NCBI GenBank assembly: GCA_022813965.1
Contig: JALDZS010000192.1
Coordinates: 1 to 43,967 of the forward strand
Source: Toensbergia leucococca
Lineage: Eukaryota
Length of the DNA: 43,967 nt
Reading direction: 5' to 3'
Below the pieces are notes generated by a model, which did not search any database, was not told where the DNA came from, and was given only the letters and a program-made list of their open reading frames with translations. Positions 23,909-37,536 of the stretch are shown in pieces. The translations under genes were made by a program, and so were the position numbers. Numbering within the stretch: the stretch's first letter is position 1; the number at the start of each line of letters is the position of its first letter.

Positions 23909-24968
23909 ATGGCAGTCCCTCGCAATCTTCTCAGAATACTACAGAAGAGTGCCTTGAATTCTGCAAGTCCACTAAATGCCTCGCACCCTCGGTCCTTTCC
24001 CGTCATTGATACATGCCCATCGCCAAGCTGCGCATGTGCACCGACTCCTACCGGCCTCGATATCAACCATACCATTCCCCTTCCTGGTACCATGGCTCCT
24101 CACTCTAAGCATTTGGTCATCTCTACAAGCAAAGAAGATTGGCCGGCACGTATAGAGGATATGGAATCGCCCAACCTTGCTCAAAGCTTGAAATCCATGC
24201 TTAAAACCGAGGAACACCACGATGTATGTATTGTGTCTCGTTAGAAGCTCGGTGTTGTAAGACTGATATAATCCCAAGTAGGGACACCACAGCGTTATGA
24301 TAAGCAATTCCTCTTTCAATCGTATTGTCGACCTGAGGACGAAATATGGCTTGGAACATGAGGGCGGATTTACTTCGGCATACCTCTTTCCAGACTTCAA
24401 GTTCATTCCAATCATAGGAAATGATTCAGACACTCAGAACCGTCTGGTCAGGGCCTTTCTTACGAGAGATAAGTATCCGGCTCCTGTTGTTGAGGGCCGA
24501 AGAAGATCTTCTCCTGGATTAGAAAGTATTTTCCCGCGCACGGCGGATGTAACCAATGTTATCATTTTGATATGCGGACATGCGAGCCGGGACAAACGGT
24601 GCGGTATTATGGGACCTCTCCTAAAATCGGAATTTCACCGGCTATTGAATGAACGCACTGGTGGTGCTGGTCCCCGAATCACAGGATTATGGCATCCGTC
24701 ACGGACGAGTATTGCGCTGTGTAGCCATATCGGTGGACATCAATTTGCTGGCAACATGATTATCTATGTTCCACCTCGTTTAAGGCTTGGTGGTGGCTTG
24801 AGACTTTTTTCAAAAGCCCATCCTTTGGCTGGGAAGGGTATCTGGTACGGCCGAGTGGAGCCACGACATGTTGAGGGGATCATTGAGGAGACCATCGTAA
24901 AAGGGAACGTGATTGCAGAGCTCTTTCGTGGAGGAATTGGACGAAATGGAGATACATTAGCGTTATGA
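23909..24968 (+). CDS. AIM32: Aim32/Apd1-family thioredoxin-like [2Fe-2S] (sucrase/ferredoxin-like) protein; exons 23909-24223 and 24282-24968
   Basis: ILICGHASRDKRCG, SHIGGHQFAGN and IWYGRVEP motifs. N-terminus resembles a mitochondrial presequence, which favours Aim32 over Apd1. Confidence 0.82.
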
Positions 24969-26029
24969 ACAATTCTCTGCCCCGAAAGTTTCGCCTCTCC
25001 GTTTCGGATTCGACCAAACCCAAAATCTGGGACTTTGGCTCTCCCGTTCTGTAAATCGGCAAGAACGCCTTTACCGAGAAGACTCCTGTTCTGGTCACTT
25101 CACAGTGTGGTTCGCGCTGGTAAGTCATCTGTCATATTACTTGTACCCGTACTGACTTATACAGAGAACCTCTCAGCCTTCAATGCATATTATTAAATGG
25201 CCTGCGGCTCATAATCACACTTGAAAATCCTGATGAAGTCAATCAACAGAGACAGCCATGAAAAGTTACGGATCTCGTTACAAATTTCGCGCTGCCGCAT
25301 GCTCCCTACCACAAGAGCACAGTTTGTCTCATAGGTTACATACCCTCTGTGAGGATTTACTTGATCTGTCATTTTCTACCTGAATGAACCTCCTTTTCAG
25401 AAGGCGCACTCGACATCCAGTGCTATGTATTATCGTCCCTAGTGCATCATTTCAGTATCTGCCTGCATTAGCAGGACGGAGCAAAGTTAGTGTTCGAGAC
25501 AACGGGCTAAAAGATAAAAGATTGAGGACATTGAAGAACAGAGATAATATTCAGAGAGGCGCTTGCGTCAATGCTATTATGATCTGATGTTTCGTTCTCA
25601 TCTTCTAGGCCTCACTTGCACATGTGATACTCACCCTCCTGCCTCATCATGTTGCCTATTCAGATCATTCTGATTCTAGATAATACGCAAACCATTAGAT
25701 TTCACCCCTTAAAGGTCATCACTCAATTCTCTATTCATTTACTAGTTAAGTAGTTGATTATATCATCTAGTCATAAAGTATCAGCTATCAGAACCTCAAA
25801 TTACATCAACTACCTAGAAATGATATTCATATTTAAGTATTCAGTTAATCAACTGTTAAAAACCCTGAAGTCAAAGAACATTCCTTTGAGGTGAGGTGCA
25901 GTCATGAACCCTTTTGTTAGCGCAGGACACCTCAAACAGTAAAGGTTCTCTACCTGTCAAGGTTCAGCTGTTCTCTGACATGAGCATTAATGTAAAGAAC
26001 GCGTGGCCCATCTGTTAATTTGCGTGGAG

Positions 26030-27885
26030 ATGCCTCCGAGCCAGAACAATCATCTATGTGACTCCGAAATTGACCGTCAGAGGCATGCAGCATGTTCCGA
26101 GGGATCAGAATCGTCAGAATCTGCACGGCTGGCCGAACTCTTGCCGCTTCGAGGCTTGTCTGGCGCCGTTGACCAGGAAATGCCGCCTCGGTCTTTGACT
26201 TTTCTCAACGGACTAGCTATTGTCATTGGAATTCAGATTGGCTCCGGAATCTTCACTTCGCCATCCACCGTCCTCGAGAACATTCCATCTCCTATACCTG
26301 CTGTGTTGGTCTGGCTTGTAGCCGGTGCTCTTGCTTGGACCGGTGCCGCCTCTTTCATTGAACTTGGGGGACTTATCCCTCGAAATGGGGGCATACAAGA
26401 GTATCTGAGGTACTGCTACAACGATGCATGTGCTTGTAGTGCTACATGGACTTTGATTTTCATTGTGAAGCCTTGTTCCATTGCTATGATTTCCATTATC
26501 TTCGCTGAGTACTTGTTAAATGTGTTCGACTCTGAAATCCCTGTCCATACTTGGTACACGAAAGCCGTCGCCCTAGCCGCTCTCGCTATCATGTCACTTC
26601 TCAACTGCATTGGCACACGAGTCAGCGCTCGTATCGCGAACTTTTCTTGCTTGTCAAGCTTTTGGGGCTAGGATCGATTGTCGTTACGGGAATAAGCCTG
26701 GGGCTCACCCAAGGCAAAGATGTAAGCAAGAGTCCAGCAATATACCAAGGGGATTATTCGTTGTACGATCAAACAATACAATATAAGTACTCGCAGATAA
26801 ATCCGGGTCCGTGGGCGACCGCTGGGATGTACACAGACGCTATATTGGCAGCAATGTGGGCATACTCCGGATGGGAAACAGTTCGAGCCTCCTCGCATCT
26901 AATATGACTCAAGCTAATGCATCTCAGCTTGGATATGTGGGTGGTGAGATTGGAAATCCACGGCGCACTATACCTCTTGTGCTCAACAGCGCAATGGCAA
27001 TTGTGATGTCGTTATATGTACTTGCGAATATGGCGTATATTGTTGTTTTACCACCAGACCTGTTGAAGAATACTGATACTATTGCACTGGTTTTTCATCC
27101 CACCTAGAGAAGCTATTCTCGCGGTGCAAGGAAGTTGCTAATTATTCCAGGACTACGGAAAGCAATTATTTGGTCGCTCGGGCGAAATCTTCTTCTGTTG
27201 GATTGTTACGTTATCTTGTCTAGGAGCCTTGGACGTCAAGGTTTTCACCCTCGGCCGATTGACCCAAGCAGCGGTTCAACGAAGATATCTTCCTGATGTC
27301 TTCAGTGCTGTCTGGAAGCAACGCAGGCAGGACAGCACGGCTCGATCCTTGCCATTGGACGCCTCAGAGCATGAGCAGCCTATTTCCATGTAGGTAGTGT
27401 TTCTACCCAAAAGAGAAGAGCTCTCCGGTCATACTCTAATTGAATTGATTCCACGCAGTTGGCCGTACATTTTCAACTTTGCACTGACCGCTGCGTATAT
27501 CGCTGTCGGCAGCTTTCGCCATCTCTTGATATTCGCTGGTGAGCTTTCCTCCTAGTATACTACTGTTTTCAGCGCTTGCTTCTGACACATCCTCCGCCAT
27601 CGTGAAGGAATGGCTGACAATGTAATCTGCTGGACTACTGTGCTCGGCGTTTTAGTCCTTCGATCCAATCGAGGTACTAACCAAACAGTAGATGATCTAT
27701 TGGTCTATCGTACTGCTCTTTTCAATCCTGTAGTATTCTGTGCTGTAAGCGGTTTTGTTGTTATTCGGAGTGCGTTGAGACACCAGGTCCAAGGTCTGAT
27801 CCTTCTGTTATTCTTTGGCGGCTGCATTGTTGCGGTAAGACTGTTCAAGAATCGGCAACTCAATCAAAGCCTCGCGGCAGCTTAG
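26030..27885 (+). pseudogene. LAT-family (methionine permease-like) amino-acid transporter with a -1 frameshift at ~26642-26645; real lesion or assembly error
   Basis: GIQIGSGIFTSP, ELGGLIPRNGGIQEYL, MWAYSGWE and GEIGNPRRTIP motifs. Adding one T to AACTTTTCTTG restores ...ARIANFFLLVKLLGLGSIVVTG. Confidence 0.75.
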
Positions 27886-28732
27886 TGTTTACGGTCGTCG
27901 CAACTTTGACCTTGTATCTTTTCTTATCAACTCGAGCTTTTTTTTTTTGGACGTATCCTCACTGTCCCAGGGGGCGTAGTGATGTGATGTTGCCCATTAG
28001 CTGATACGGAGTCCTTGAGTACAACCACCATTATGATCTACCCATTACTTATGATACTGAGCCCAGCATTCCTTATCCTCCTCACCTCTACAGAAGGCCT
28101 CACCTGAACAGGCTGTGGTTGTACTACGCCATTTTGACTGGCTGAGGCGACAGTGTCACTTCCTGGAACGACCACCATTATCATTGCCATCCACCTCTCC
28201 AAGGGGATCTGTTTTCCTAGGACGTGGAGTCTTTACATCTTTGCAGCCCTCACAGTAGGTACGCTAGGATCACAAGACTCAAAAAATGCACTCCCCTAGG
28301 AGAGATGGATGGTAGTGATAATGGTGAGTTTTCGGGGAGCTGCCAGATTTGTTGATTTAACATTCCACCAATTGAAATTAGAAAGGCCATCTTCTCAATC
28401 GTTGATGAAGACAGAACAATTTGGAAGATGCACTGTACATAAGGTAGTTTTAGTCGTTAAAAGGGGCGAAGGAGCGAGAGGTCTGAGGGCATGTAATTGG
28501 CTGGAACCGGGTAGGGCTGAAGCAAGCAATCGAGAAACACAGCACTTTCCCATCAACATCGCACAATACCAGCTCGTAGCTGCGGTGAGGCCTCCGCTTG
28601 AAGTGTGATCATGAAGCTGATGAGTATCTTGCTATCGGGACAGACCAACATGACTAGATCGCCTTCCCACATTGCCCCCTGAGAATTGAAGCTTGCCACT
28701 TGCTCTCTCGTCTGCACTTCTTGCTACTAACT

Positions 28733-31700
28733 ATGGAGCCCAACGAACCCACCGAGTCCGCCGAAATCCCCCAAGATGCTATAATTGTCAAAGCCGACGA
28801 GGTTGATGATGATGGCGCCGACATATCAACAGTCTCACCGACTGACAATGCCGATTGGGAGACGCTCATGTCAGTCTACGCTTCAGCCCCCTACGATGAC
28901 CCTGTGTGGACTCAGAGAGCTCAAGAAGCCCAGACAGAAGTCAACTCTGGCCAGCCTAGCCTTCGTAAATCCCCAGTACGCCCCATTCTTCGCCGCGAAG
29001 CCTCAGCTCCAGTCCCTCCTCAACAACCGCCCCCACCTGCCCCACCTCATCAACAAGAGGACCCTGGGAATCCCACCGACTCGTTAAGCTTGATGCAATT
29101 AAGGAACCTCGTGACGAACCTCCCGAGAGTCGAGCCTACTGCGTATGCCTATGAGTATGAGGATACAAGATCTTTCCCAGAGGAGCTGGAGGAATGGTTC
29201 CAATATACCGAAGACGAGAGATTCATGTTACTACGGGCGAAGCAAGCCTTTGAGGGAAAGTGGGAACAAAGCAATGCTGTAAGCGATGGTGTTTCAGACA
29301 AGATAGTGAGGTGGACAGAGGTGGAACCAAAGGATCGCAAAAGATTCATCCATGAGGCCCTTCACGACTTGGCCGACCAGGACGTTCCTACGAGGATCAA
29401 AAGTCTCGAATGCATATCATACATTGCATTAGGAGTGTGGGCAGATACTGCTGGGCTATCGGCCGATAATGGCATACCTGAGAGGAGTGAGACCGAAGAT
29501 AGGAATTTTAGGGATGACTACAATAATTCAGGGCTGCAACTTGAATGGATCCGAAAGGGAATAAAATTACTTTGCGAGGCTGGTGCTGTGCAGAAGATTT
29601 TTGATCTATTAAGAGAGGTAGAAAAAAATGAACTGTCAGTATTCTAGGATCAATCACCCCGTCTTTACAATACTTTCCGAATGGTACTGATGCCTGTCAC
29701 ATCAGACAAAACGAATTGACGCTTGAGCGTTCCTCTTCGGAAGACGATGAATCGAGATCCTCAGACCATGTCAGACAGATCGTGATCCATAATACACTGA
29801 CCATGATGTATCTAATTGTGGAGGTTGGTCGTTGGCAGGTGGCGAATGATAATGAATCTACTATACGACAGACTATCGGTAGGGTTATGAGCACCCACTG
29901 CTTTGCTACAACTAATTCGAACCGTTTTAAGCTGATATTGAACCTCATTTCCTGCTCTTTCTGACTAAATCAATTGCGAAACTTCGGTGGGAGGATTCAA
30001 CTTCGCTTCCTCTGCCCAGAGTATGTCAAAGACCATCCACTATCATTTGCACTATAAGCTGACTTTTTGTTTTCCAAGGTTCTTCTGCTCTTTTGGAAAT
30101 CAATTCTTCTCCTTTTTGGTAGCACCACCGACGTCCAAGAAAGCAAAGATGTTCTACGCGAAGTTTCTGATCCAAAGAACGATGATCGCGGTGAGGGCTT
30201 TATCACAGCAACTCCACTTGATTACCATCTTTTCCGTCAAGAGATAACCTCGAAATATCCAGCCTACTCTCCTCCAGCCCCCCTAGTACCGCTCGAACTC
30301 GAAAACAACTCCATCTTACCGCCACTTCCAAATCATCCGAGTCGGAAAGCAAGTCAAGAAGGCCTGCATATAGCGGCTGGCGTAGGTTTCAATGGAAGTG
30401 GAGGGTCGATATTCAATCAGCCTGTCCACATTGCAACACCCGCACCCTCACCTCCTCCGTCACCAGCAGGGCCAGGGGGAAAAGGAGGCAAGAAACAGAA
30501 TTATCAGACTAATCAAAATTTCCCTTTTTTGTACCCTCCTCTGGATAACAGTAGTAACACTATCGGTGGAAAGGGTGAAGCAGAGCTACAAGACAAACTA
30601 GTCGGTAAGAAATGGGAAGGCAGTGATGTTCCTGCTTCGATTCTTGAAGCAGGACAACTGTTTGCTAGCAGAATGAGGATGTCACGGTCGATACGACAGC
30701 TTTGGGACGTCCGACAGAAGTACATCAAATTTGAAAGGGGCTGGGATGGAACTGAAAAGCATGGCCATACTTCAAATGGTGTTTCCGAAGAGGACGACGC
30801 CGAAGCTTTTACTGATAGCGAAGACGAGCGACCTGAAACTGTCGAAGAGTTTGAAGAGGAGCATCTAGATATCAAAGAGACTGAGAATATAGAGGTGCAG
30901 AGAAGATTAGACGCAATAGAGCACTTCTATGTGAGTCCTTTGATAGACCTTCAACGATGCATGGCTAAATATATCAACAGCGCAACACCTTACCGCATCT
31001 CCAATCACTGGTCATTGTTTTGTGGAAGGTAACGTTTGCGAATGTCTCAGCTCTAGTGGCCCAACTCAGTGGCGCCAATGGCCCGCAAGGGACAAATGGA
31101 TTCGCTTTCCCTGAAGAGGGCACTGAAGCCGCCCAAGCCAAGCGGAAGGTTAATCAGAATATGGCGAGTCACTCCAACGGCGCAGAAAATGCCCCTCCTA
31201 TAGTACCAGAGGATGGAGTAGACCCTGAGATCGAGGAACTGAATGCTGTGCGTTCGAGAGAGATAACTTCCAAGGCTATCTCTGGTGTTTTGCTCCTACT
31301 TCTCAAATGGTTCAAAGTGTCACGCAAGTTTAGCATCAGTCTATCCGCGTCAAAATGTCAACTAATTTGTCGGATAGACATTCTCAAGTACGAGTATATG
31401 ACCCAGCTCTTATTAGACTCGAATTATCTCCCCCTCATCCTGAAGCTCTTCGCCCATCAAGACATAGATAGAGCCGTGGTCCAAAAGAACGATAGGAAAG
31501 ACCTCGAGTAGGTCATGCTTTTCCTTTAGTACCAATCAACACCTCTTTAACCTGCCTACCACAGCTTCTTCCACTTCTGCCAACTCAACTCGGCCCACCC
31601 GCCAAAGCCTCCCCCGCAACTCCCCGTCTCCACCTCCCCATCTAGCGAGGATGAAGCCCAACCCCCTCCCATCCTCAAAAAGCACCGCCGCTCCCCAACA

Positions 31701-32426
31701 TCGCAATCCCCGCCACCTTCCCCTGAAAAGCACCCTGAACCGCCCTCCCCACCCCCAAGACCCGAAGTCGACGAACTCGGCTACCCAACAACCGCTCCAC
31801 CTCCAAGCCCCTTAACAACATACTCCCCACGCTTCTTTTTCACAACCATTACCTACCTACGGCTCCTCCAAAAAATCACCAAACGCAAAGCCCATCGCGC
31901 CCTCCTTCTTGTCCAATACAAATCCAGCACCATTTTCCGCAAAGCCCTCAAAATCCCCCAGCCAACGATGCGTCTGTACACACTCAAATTGTTCAAGTCC
32001 CAGGTGCCCTACTGCGGCCGCAAGTGGCGCCAGACGAACATGCGCGTCATCACGGCTGTTTATTTGCACTGCAAGCCTGAACTGCGGGACGAGTGGCTTT
32101 GCGGGGGTGATGTGGACGGGGTTGTTGAGGAGGCGGTGCCGTTGGAGCAGGCGGGGAGGAGTTTGGTGCATTGGTGGCATTTGAGGGGGTATCGGGATGT
32201 TATGGAGGGTGGTGAGAGTGGTAGGGAAATAAGTGGCAATGGTGGTGGTGGGGAGGGGACTGATGTTGATTTTTTTGCGAGGGAGTTGGAGAGGATGGGG
32301 TGGGGGGTTGAGGTTGGGTTTGCGAATGATGAAGCTGATGAGGTAGGGGGGAGGGAGAGGGAGGAAGGGGGTCATCAGAGGAGTGAGTGGGAAGGGGGAC
32401 CGTTGGCGTTGGAGGGGTGGAATTAG
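28733..32426 (+). CDS. FAR11: Far11/STRIP (HAM-2/PRO22-like) STRIPAK complex subunit, multi-exon
   Basis: TDSLSLMQLR, ELEEWFQY, LLLFWKSILL, PLDYHLFRQEITSKYPAY, KKQNYQTNQNFPFLYPP, VPASILEAG, REITSKAISG, LKWFKVS/HILKYEY, QLLLDSNY and KSQVPYCGRKWRQTNMRVITAVYLHCKPELRDEWL. Confidence 0.94.
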
Positions 32427-32712
32427 TGTGGGGGAATTGAGAGGTGAGGTTTGGTTTGGGTTGATTGTGGGAGACGGTTTGTGGTGGTGGTGGTGCTACT
32501 GCTGCTGGGGATGAAGATGGAGATTCTATCGTAGATTAGACAATGCTGAAATTGGGTATACCCTTCCTTTCTCCCCTCTTTCCTCTACTACACATCTTTT
32601 CGACCAAAAAGTCCAACTCACTTGATGTGGCCGGGATGCATTGAATGAAAGTCATCGCCTTGATTGATATTTTCAAACTACATTACTTTTTCATGTTAGA
32701 CCATCATATCCC

Positions 32713-34163
32713 TCACACATCCCCCTCCCCCCGCGCAAACTCCTCCATATACTCCACCAACCGCTCCACATCCGCCATCGGCACCGCATTATAATTACTC
32801 ACCCGTATCCCGCCGACGCTTCTATGGCCCTTCAGACCGAGCAGCAACCGCATTTCGGCGCCGTCGAGGAAGGCTTTTTCGAGCTGCGGGGAGCGCAGGC
32901 GGAAGGTGATGTTCATGCGGCTGCGGTAGGGGGGAGTGGTGGTTGGGTGGTAGGTTTTTGGGTGGGTGGAGAGGGTTTTGTAGAGGAGGGTTGATTTGGA
33001 GAGGGAGAGGGATTCTTGGATTTGTAATGGGATGGTTGTGGTGGTGGAGGGGGTGGTGCTGTTTGGGTTGCTGGGATTTTGATTGTTGTCGTTGTTTGGG
33101 GTTTTTTGTGGGGTGGAGGCTTGGGCTTGGGCGGAGAGGAGTAGGAGGAGCACTTTGTGGATTATCCAGATGCTGAAGATTGGCATTGTGTTGTAGAGGG
33201 AGGAGGAGGTGGCGATGGTGGGCCAGTGCAGGATTGTGGGTGGGGACCAGATTCCGAGGCTGTGGAGGAAGGAAAGGGGGGGGTGGTTGAGGAGGGATTT
33301 TTGGAGGATCAGGACTGTGGTGTCGGTTATGCCGAGATTTTTTTGGGCGCCCGCCTAGGTGGTGGTTTGTTTAATTGTATGTTTTGGTTTTTGGATGGAG
33401 AAGGGGGGATGGTGGGAAATGGGGTACGTACGAATATTACGGCGTATTTACTCACGTCGACATGCCGGCTGAGGAAGTTGGATGACATGTCTGCTACGAC
33501 TAGGGGGTTGGAGAAGGGATCTGAGGAGGTGGGATCGGCTTGGAGGATGGAGGGAAAAGAAGGGAATTCCACTCCGTCGACGGTTTCGTTGTCGCAGTAG
33601 TAGACAAAGGCACTTTTGGGGCTGAGTTTCCAGGTCGATTCATCGGGTATGAGACCGAATGCGCCGTTGTTGGCTTTGCGGGCGTCGGTAGCGATGTTTA
33701 TGAAGTTGGGGCCTAGGGGCGCAAGGATGTTGGCGGCTTCTTGCGAGGCTTTAAGGGACCAGGAACCGGTCACTAGATAGTCCAGCCTCAACTCCTCTTT
33801 GAGCTCCCTCCGCACCCGCTCGAGAATCTTCTCTTCATTCCCCTCGCACTCTTTTTCCGCCTGTAGTCGGCGCTGCTCCACCCACGCAGCTACCATGTTG
33901 AAGACCACGGCGCTGAACTCGCCGCTGCCGCCGCCATGTAGGAAGAGGATCTCGTGGGAGGAGGGGATGGAGAGGAGGGTCGTTAGGGCGGCTTTGGTGG
34001 AGGCGAGAATGCTGGTTGCGGTGGGCGAACGGTGGGATATTTCGGCGAGGGAGAGGCCTGTGTTGTTGTAGTTTTGGAGGGCGGCTGCAGCGGCGGTGAG
34101 GACGGAGGTGGGCAGAGGAGCGGGCCCGGCGCCGAAGTAGGCGACTTCGTCGCGGGTGGGCAT
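32713..34163 (-). CDS. SER1: Phosphoserine aminotransferase; exons 34163-33432 and 33354-32713
   Basis: YFGAGPAPLP, EISHRS, TGSWSLKA, YYCDNETVDGVEF and ADMSSNFLSR motifs. Spliced PLP-lysine motif AGAQKNLG. SLYNT, RSRMNI and LKGHRSVGGIRVSNYNA. Confidence 0.96.
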
Positions 34164-34222
34164 TTTTGGGGGGGTTGTTTAGGGGAGGTGGAGGAGAGGG
34201 GGGGTGTTAGATGGGAGGGGGG

Positions 34223-34311
34223 TGAGTCATTGGTGAGATTTTGGACTCGGCGAAGGATTGAGAGGGAGGAGAGACATTAGTTTGGAGTGGTAGAGAATGA
34301 AGATTGAGTCA
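34223..34311. promoter_or_regulatory. Two Gcn4/CpcA-type (TGAGTCA) elements in the SER1-LYS4 divergent promoter
   Basis: TGAGTCA at 34223-34229 (followed by T) and at 34305-34311, in a 348-bp intergenic region between two amino-acid biosynthesis genes. Confidence 0.65.
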
Positions 34312-34511
34312 AAGGAAAATTATGGATAGAGTATATTGTTTGTCCAGGACATTGAGTATGGCTGAATAAAAGTAGGAAGTTGAACCCCCCTGTGTCCGGA
34401 CTGTCTGCTCCGAAGCTCCGACTTCGGCACCCGATCCTCCGGATGGGTTTTGACAAAGTTTTTCAACGACTGTCGAGGATTATAAAACATCATTGGACGC
34501 CGCAACCCAGG

Positions 34512-36989
34512 ATGCTGGTATGTTGATTGAATAAATCTGCAATCAATCCCAAATTTAATCAGCTCACAGTCTTCTAGGGACCCCCTGGGGTTTTGTCACT
34601 GCGGTGTAGAGCTCCAAACACAGTATCAGTGTACCAGGCGGTCCGAATACATGCACTCTCAGCATATCGATCACAGCATGTCTTCCATTCTCAGCTTGAG
34701 GACCCATCGTCCGCCGCAGTTCTTTCCTCTCTGAAAATCTCTCCCTCGGTCCCGCAAACTCTAACAGAGAAGATCATTCAAAGCCATTCTTTGGGCCTGA
34801 AGGAGGGCAAGTCTGTACGAGCTGGCGATTATGTCACTCTATCACCGCGCCATTGCATGACTCATGACAATTCATGGCCTGTTGCTCTCAAATTCATGTC
34901 TATTGGAGCACAAAAAATCCATGATAGGAAACAAATTGTTATGACCTTAGACCACGATGTGCAAAACGAGAGCGATAAAAACCTCCAAAAATACCGGCAG
35001 ATTGAAGAATTCGCGAAGAAACATAGAGTGGACTTCTATCCCAAGTACCGTGGCATTGGTCATCAGATTATGGTTGAAGAGGGCTACACGTGGCCAGGGA
35101 CCGTGGTTGTGGCTAGTGACAGCCATAGCAATATGTATGGTGGTGTTGGATGTCTTGGTACACCTGTTGTTAGAACAGATGCCGCTTCTCTGTGGGCTAC
35201 TGGAAAAACATGGTGGCAGATTCCTCCCATAGCAAAAGTCACCTTTACTGGAACACTTCCCAAAGGAGTCACAGGGAAGGATGTCATTGTTGCCCTGTGT
35301 GGCCTGTTCAGCAAGGATGAGGTTCTTAATCATGCAATTGAGTTTACTGGATCCGAAGAAACCATGGAAAGCTTACTTGTCGATGATCGATTGACTATAG
35401 CAAATATGACTACCGAGTGGGGCGCCTTGACAGGCCTATTCCCAATCGATTCGGTACTACAGCGTTGGTTGAGATACAAGGCCACCAAAGCAGCCCTCTA
35501 CCAGCAATCGGAGCTCACCGATGCGTCAACGACTAAACGTATCAATTATAAACGTCTAGATAAGCTCTTTGCAAACCCACTGTCCGCAGATAGAGGTGCC
35601 AAGTATGCAAAGACCCTCTACCTCAACCTTTCCACACTATCGCCTTACGTTTCGGGCCCGAATTCAGTCAAGGTCGCGACACCACTAAACGAGCTCGCCA
35701 CGCAAGATATCAAGGTCAACAGAGCATATTTAGTCTCATGCACAAATTCTCGCGCATCTGATTTTGCTGCCGCTGCTCAGGTATTCAAAGACGCTGCAGA
35801 ATCTAATGACGGGATAATACCCTCGGTCTCAAAAGATGTCAATTTCTATATCGCTGCCGCTTCGGCTCCGGAGCAGGATGCTGCCGAGGCGAATGGTGAC
35901 TGGGGAGTGCTAGTGGAGGCAGGCGCAAAACCATTACCGGCTGGTTGCGGGCCTTGTATCGGACTTGGTACAGGACTGCTTGAGCCAGGGGAAGTTGGAA
36001 TTAGCGCTAGCAATCGAAATTTCAAAGGTAGGATGGGATCTATAGAGGCAAAAGCATATCTTGCAAGTCCCGAAGTCGTTGCAGCGAGTGCCTTGAGCGG
36101 TAAGATCTCTGGACCGGGATGGTATGAGCGACCAGCAGACTGGTCAGGAGTGGTCAGAGGCGATGGCGATGGGATCAGAGAAGAGGATAGGATGATTACT
36201 GCTGAAGAAGCTTTGGATAAAGTAATCGGCCAGCTCGATGCTCTCGTGGAAACAGCAGAGAAAAACCTTGGTGGAGAAGTTACTGGACCAATTGAGGCCG
36301 AATCATTGACAGAAGTCCTTCCTGGATTTCCTGAAAAAGTAGAAGGCGAGATCGTGTTTTGCGACGCGGATAATATCAATACAGATGGTATCTATCCAGG
36401 GAAGTATACCTATCAAGATGATGTTTCGGTGGATAAGATGGCAGAAGTGTGCATGGAGAATTATGATATTGCCTTTTCTTCTATTGCCAAAGCAGGCGAT
36501 ATCCTCGTCTCGGGATTCAATTTTGGTTGTGGAAGTTCCCGAGAGCAGGCTGCAACAGCGATTTTGGCCAAGAAGATACCGTTGGTGGTGGCCGGAAGCT
36601 TTGGGAATATCTTCTCTCGAAATAGCATCAACAACGCACTGATGGGTGTGGAGGTTCCACGACTTGTCCAAAGACTGAGAGAGACTTTCTCAGCAAACCC
36701 AAAAGAGGGTTCGCAAGTAGAAATGGCCGAACCATCGCAGAACCGAGAGTCGTTAGATTCGCCGCCTCCAGCACCACAGAATACACCGAAAGAAGAAAAA
36801 ATGCTTACAAGGCGGACAGGTTGGATGTTCACGTGGGATGTTCGGCGGAGTAAGGTGGTGATACAAGAGGGTGAAGGTGGAGCGACTTGGAGTCAGAAGG
36901 TTGGAGAGCTTCCGCCCAACGTGCAGGAGATAATAGCAAGGGGAGGACTGGAGAATTGGGTGAAGAACGAGATCCAGTTTAAGAATTGA
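34512..36989 (+). CDS. LYS4: Mitochondrial homoaconitase (Lys4/LysF); probable 6-nt first exon 34512-34517, intron 34518-34577
   Basis: [82 protein letters not shown] and [11 protein letters not shown] motifs. Confidence 0.96.
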
Positions 36990-37536
36990 ATTTCCCAAGG
37001 ACTCAGCGCTAGCTTACGAGAGCGTCAATCATCTTCATCTAAAGTCTTGGGCGGTGCCATGAGGTACAATATGAAGGGCCAGACCCCATATTCTTGGTCG
37101 ATATGATTGAAGGAAAAACCCCGACTAAAGATTTCGAGACTTAAAGATCATGTTTACCAACAATACTGGGCTTGTATTCTAACCTATTTCAACGACAACC
37201 CATTCACAGGTCTCGAAACCACAAATAGGCCAGCCACAATCATTCTCTTAGAGATCGAAAAAGATGCGAACTACGATACATCCGATTCATCACTTTTACG
37301 TGTTTTCGAATCAAACATGATTTGGTACGAGAAACTTGGAGCTGGTGAAGCCTTTCAGACTTTATTGGATAGACAGACACCATATACCAATGATTCTATA
37401 CCTAGCGCCGCCTACTCCAAATGCCAATTACTTTATCCGATACATCCATCAAACGCCCCCGTACCGTGATCCACACTTTGTCGACTCTCGCACCTCTCAA
37501 AATAAACCCAAAAAAAGAAGGGAAAAAAGGATCCAC

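Noticed and set aside
25623..25879. AT-rich TG...CA segment as a possible solo LTR
   Set aside because: Only 3-bp inverted ends, no TSD, no PPT and no second copy in the window.
16185..36989. Transporters plus SER1/LYS4 as a secondary-metabolite cluster
   Set aside because: No PKS, NRPS, terpene synthase or tailoring enzymes. The genes are ordinary housekeeping orthologues.
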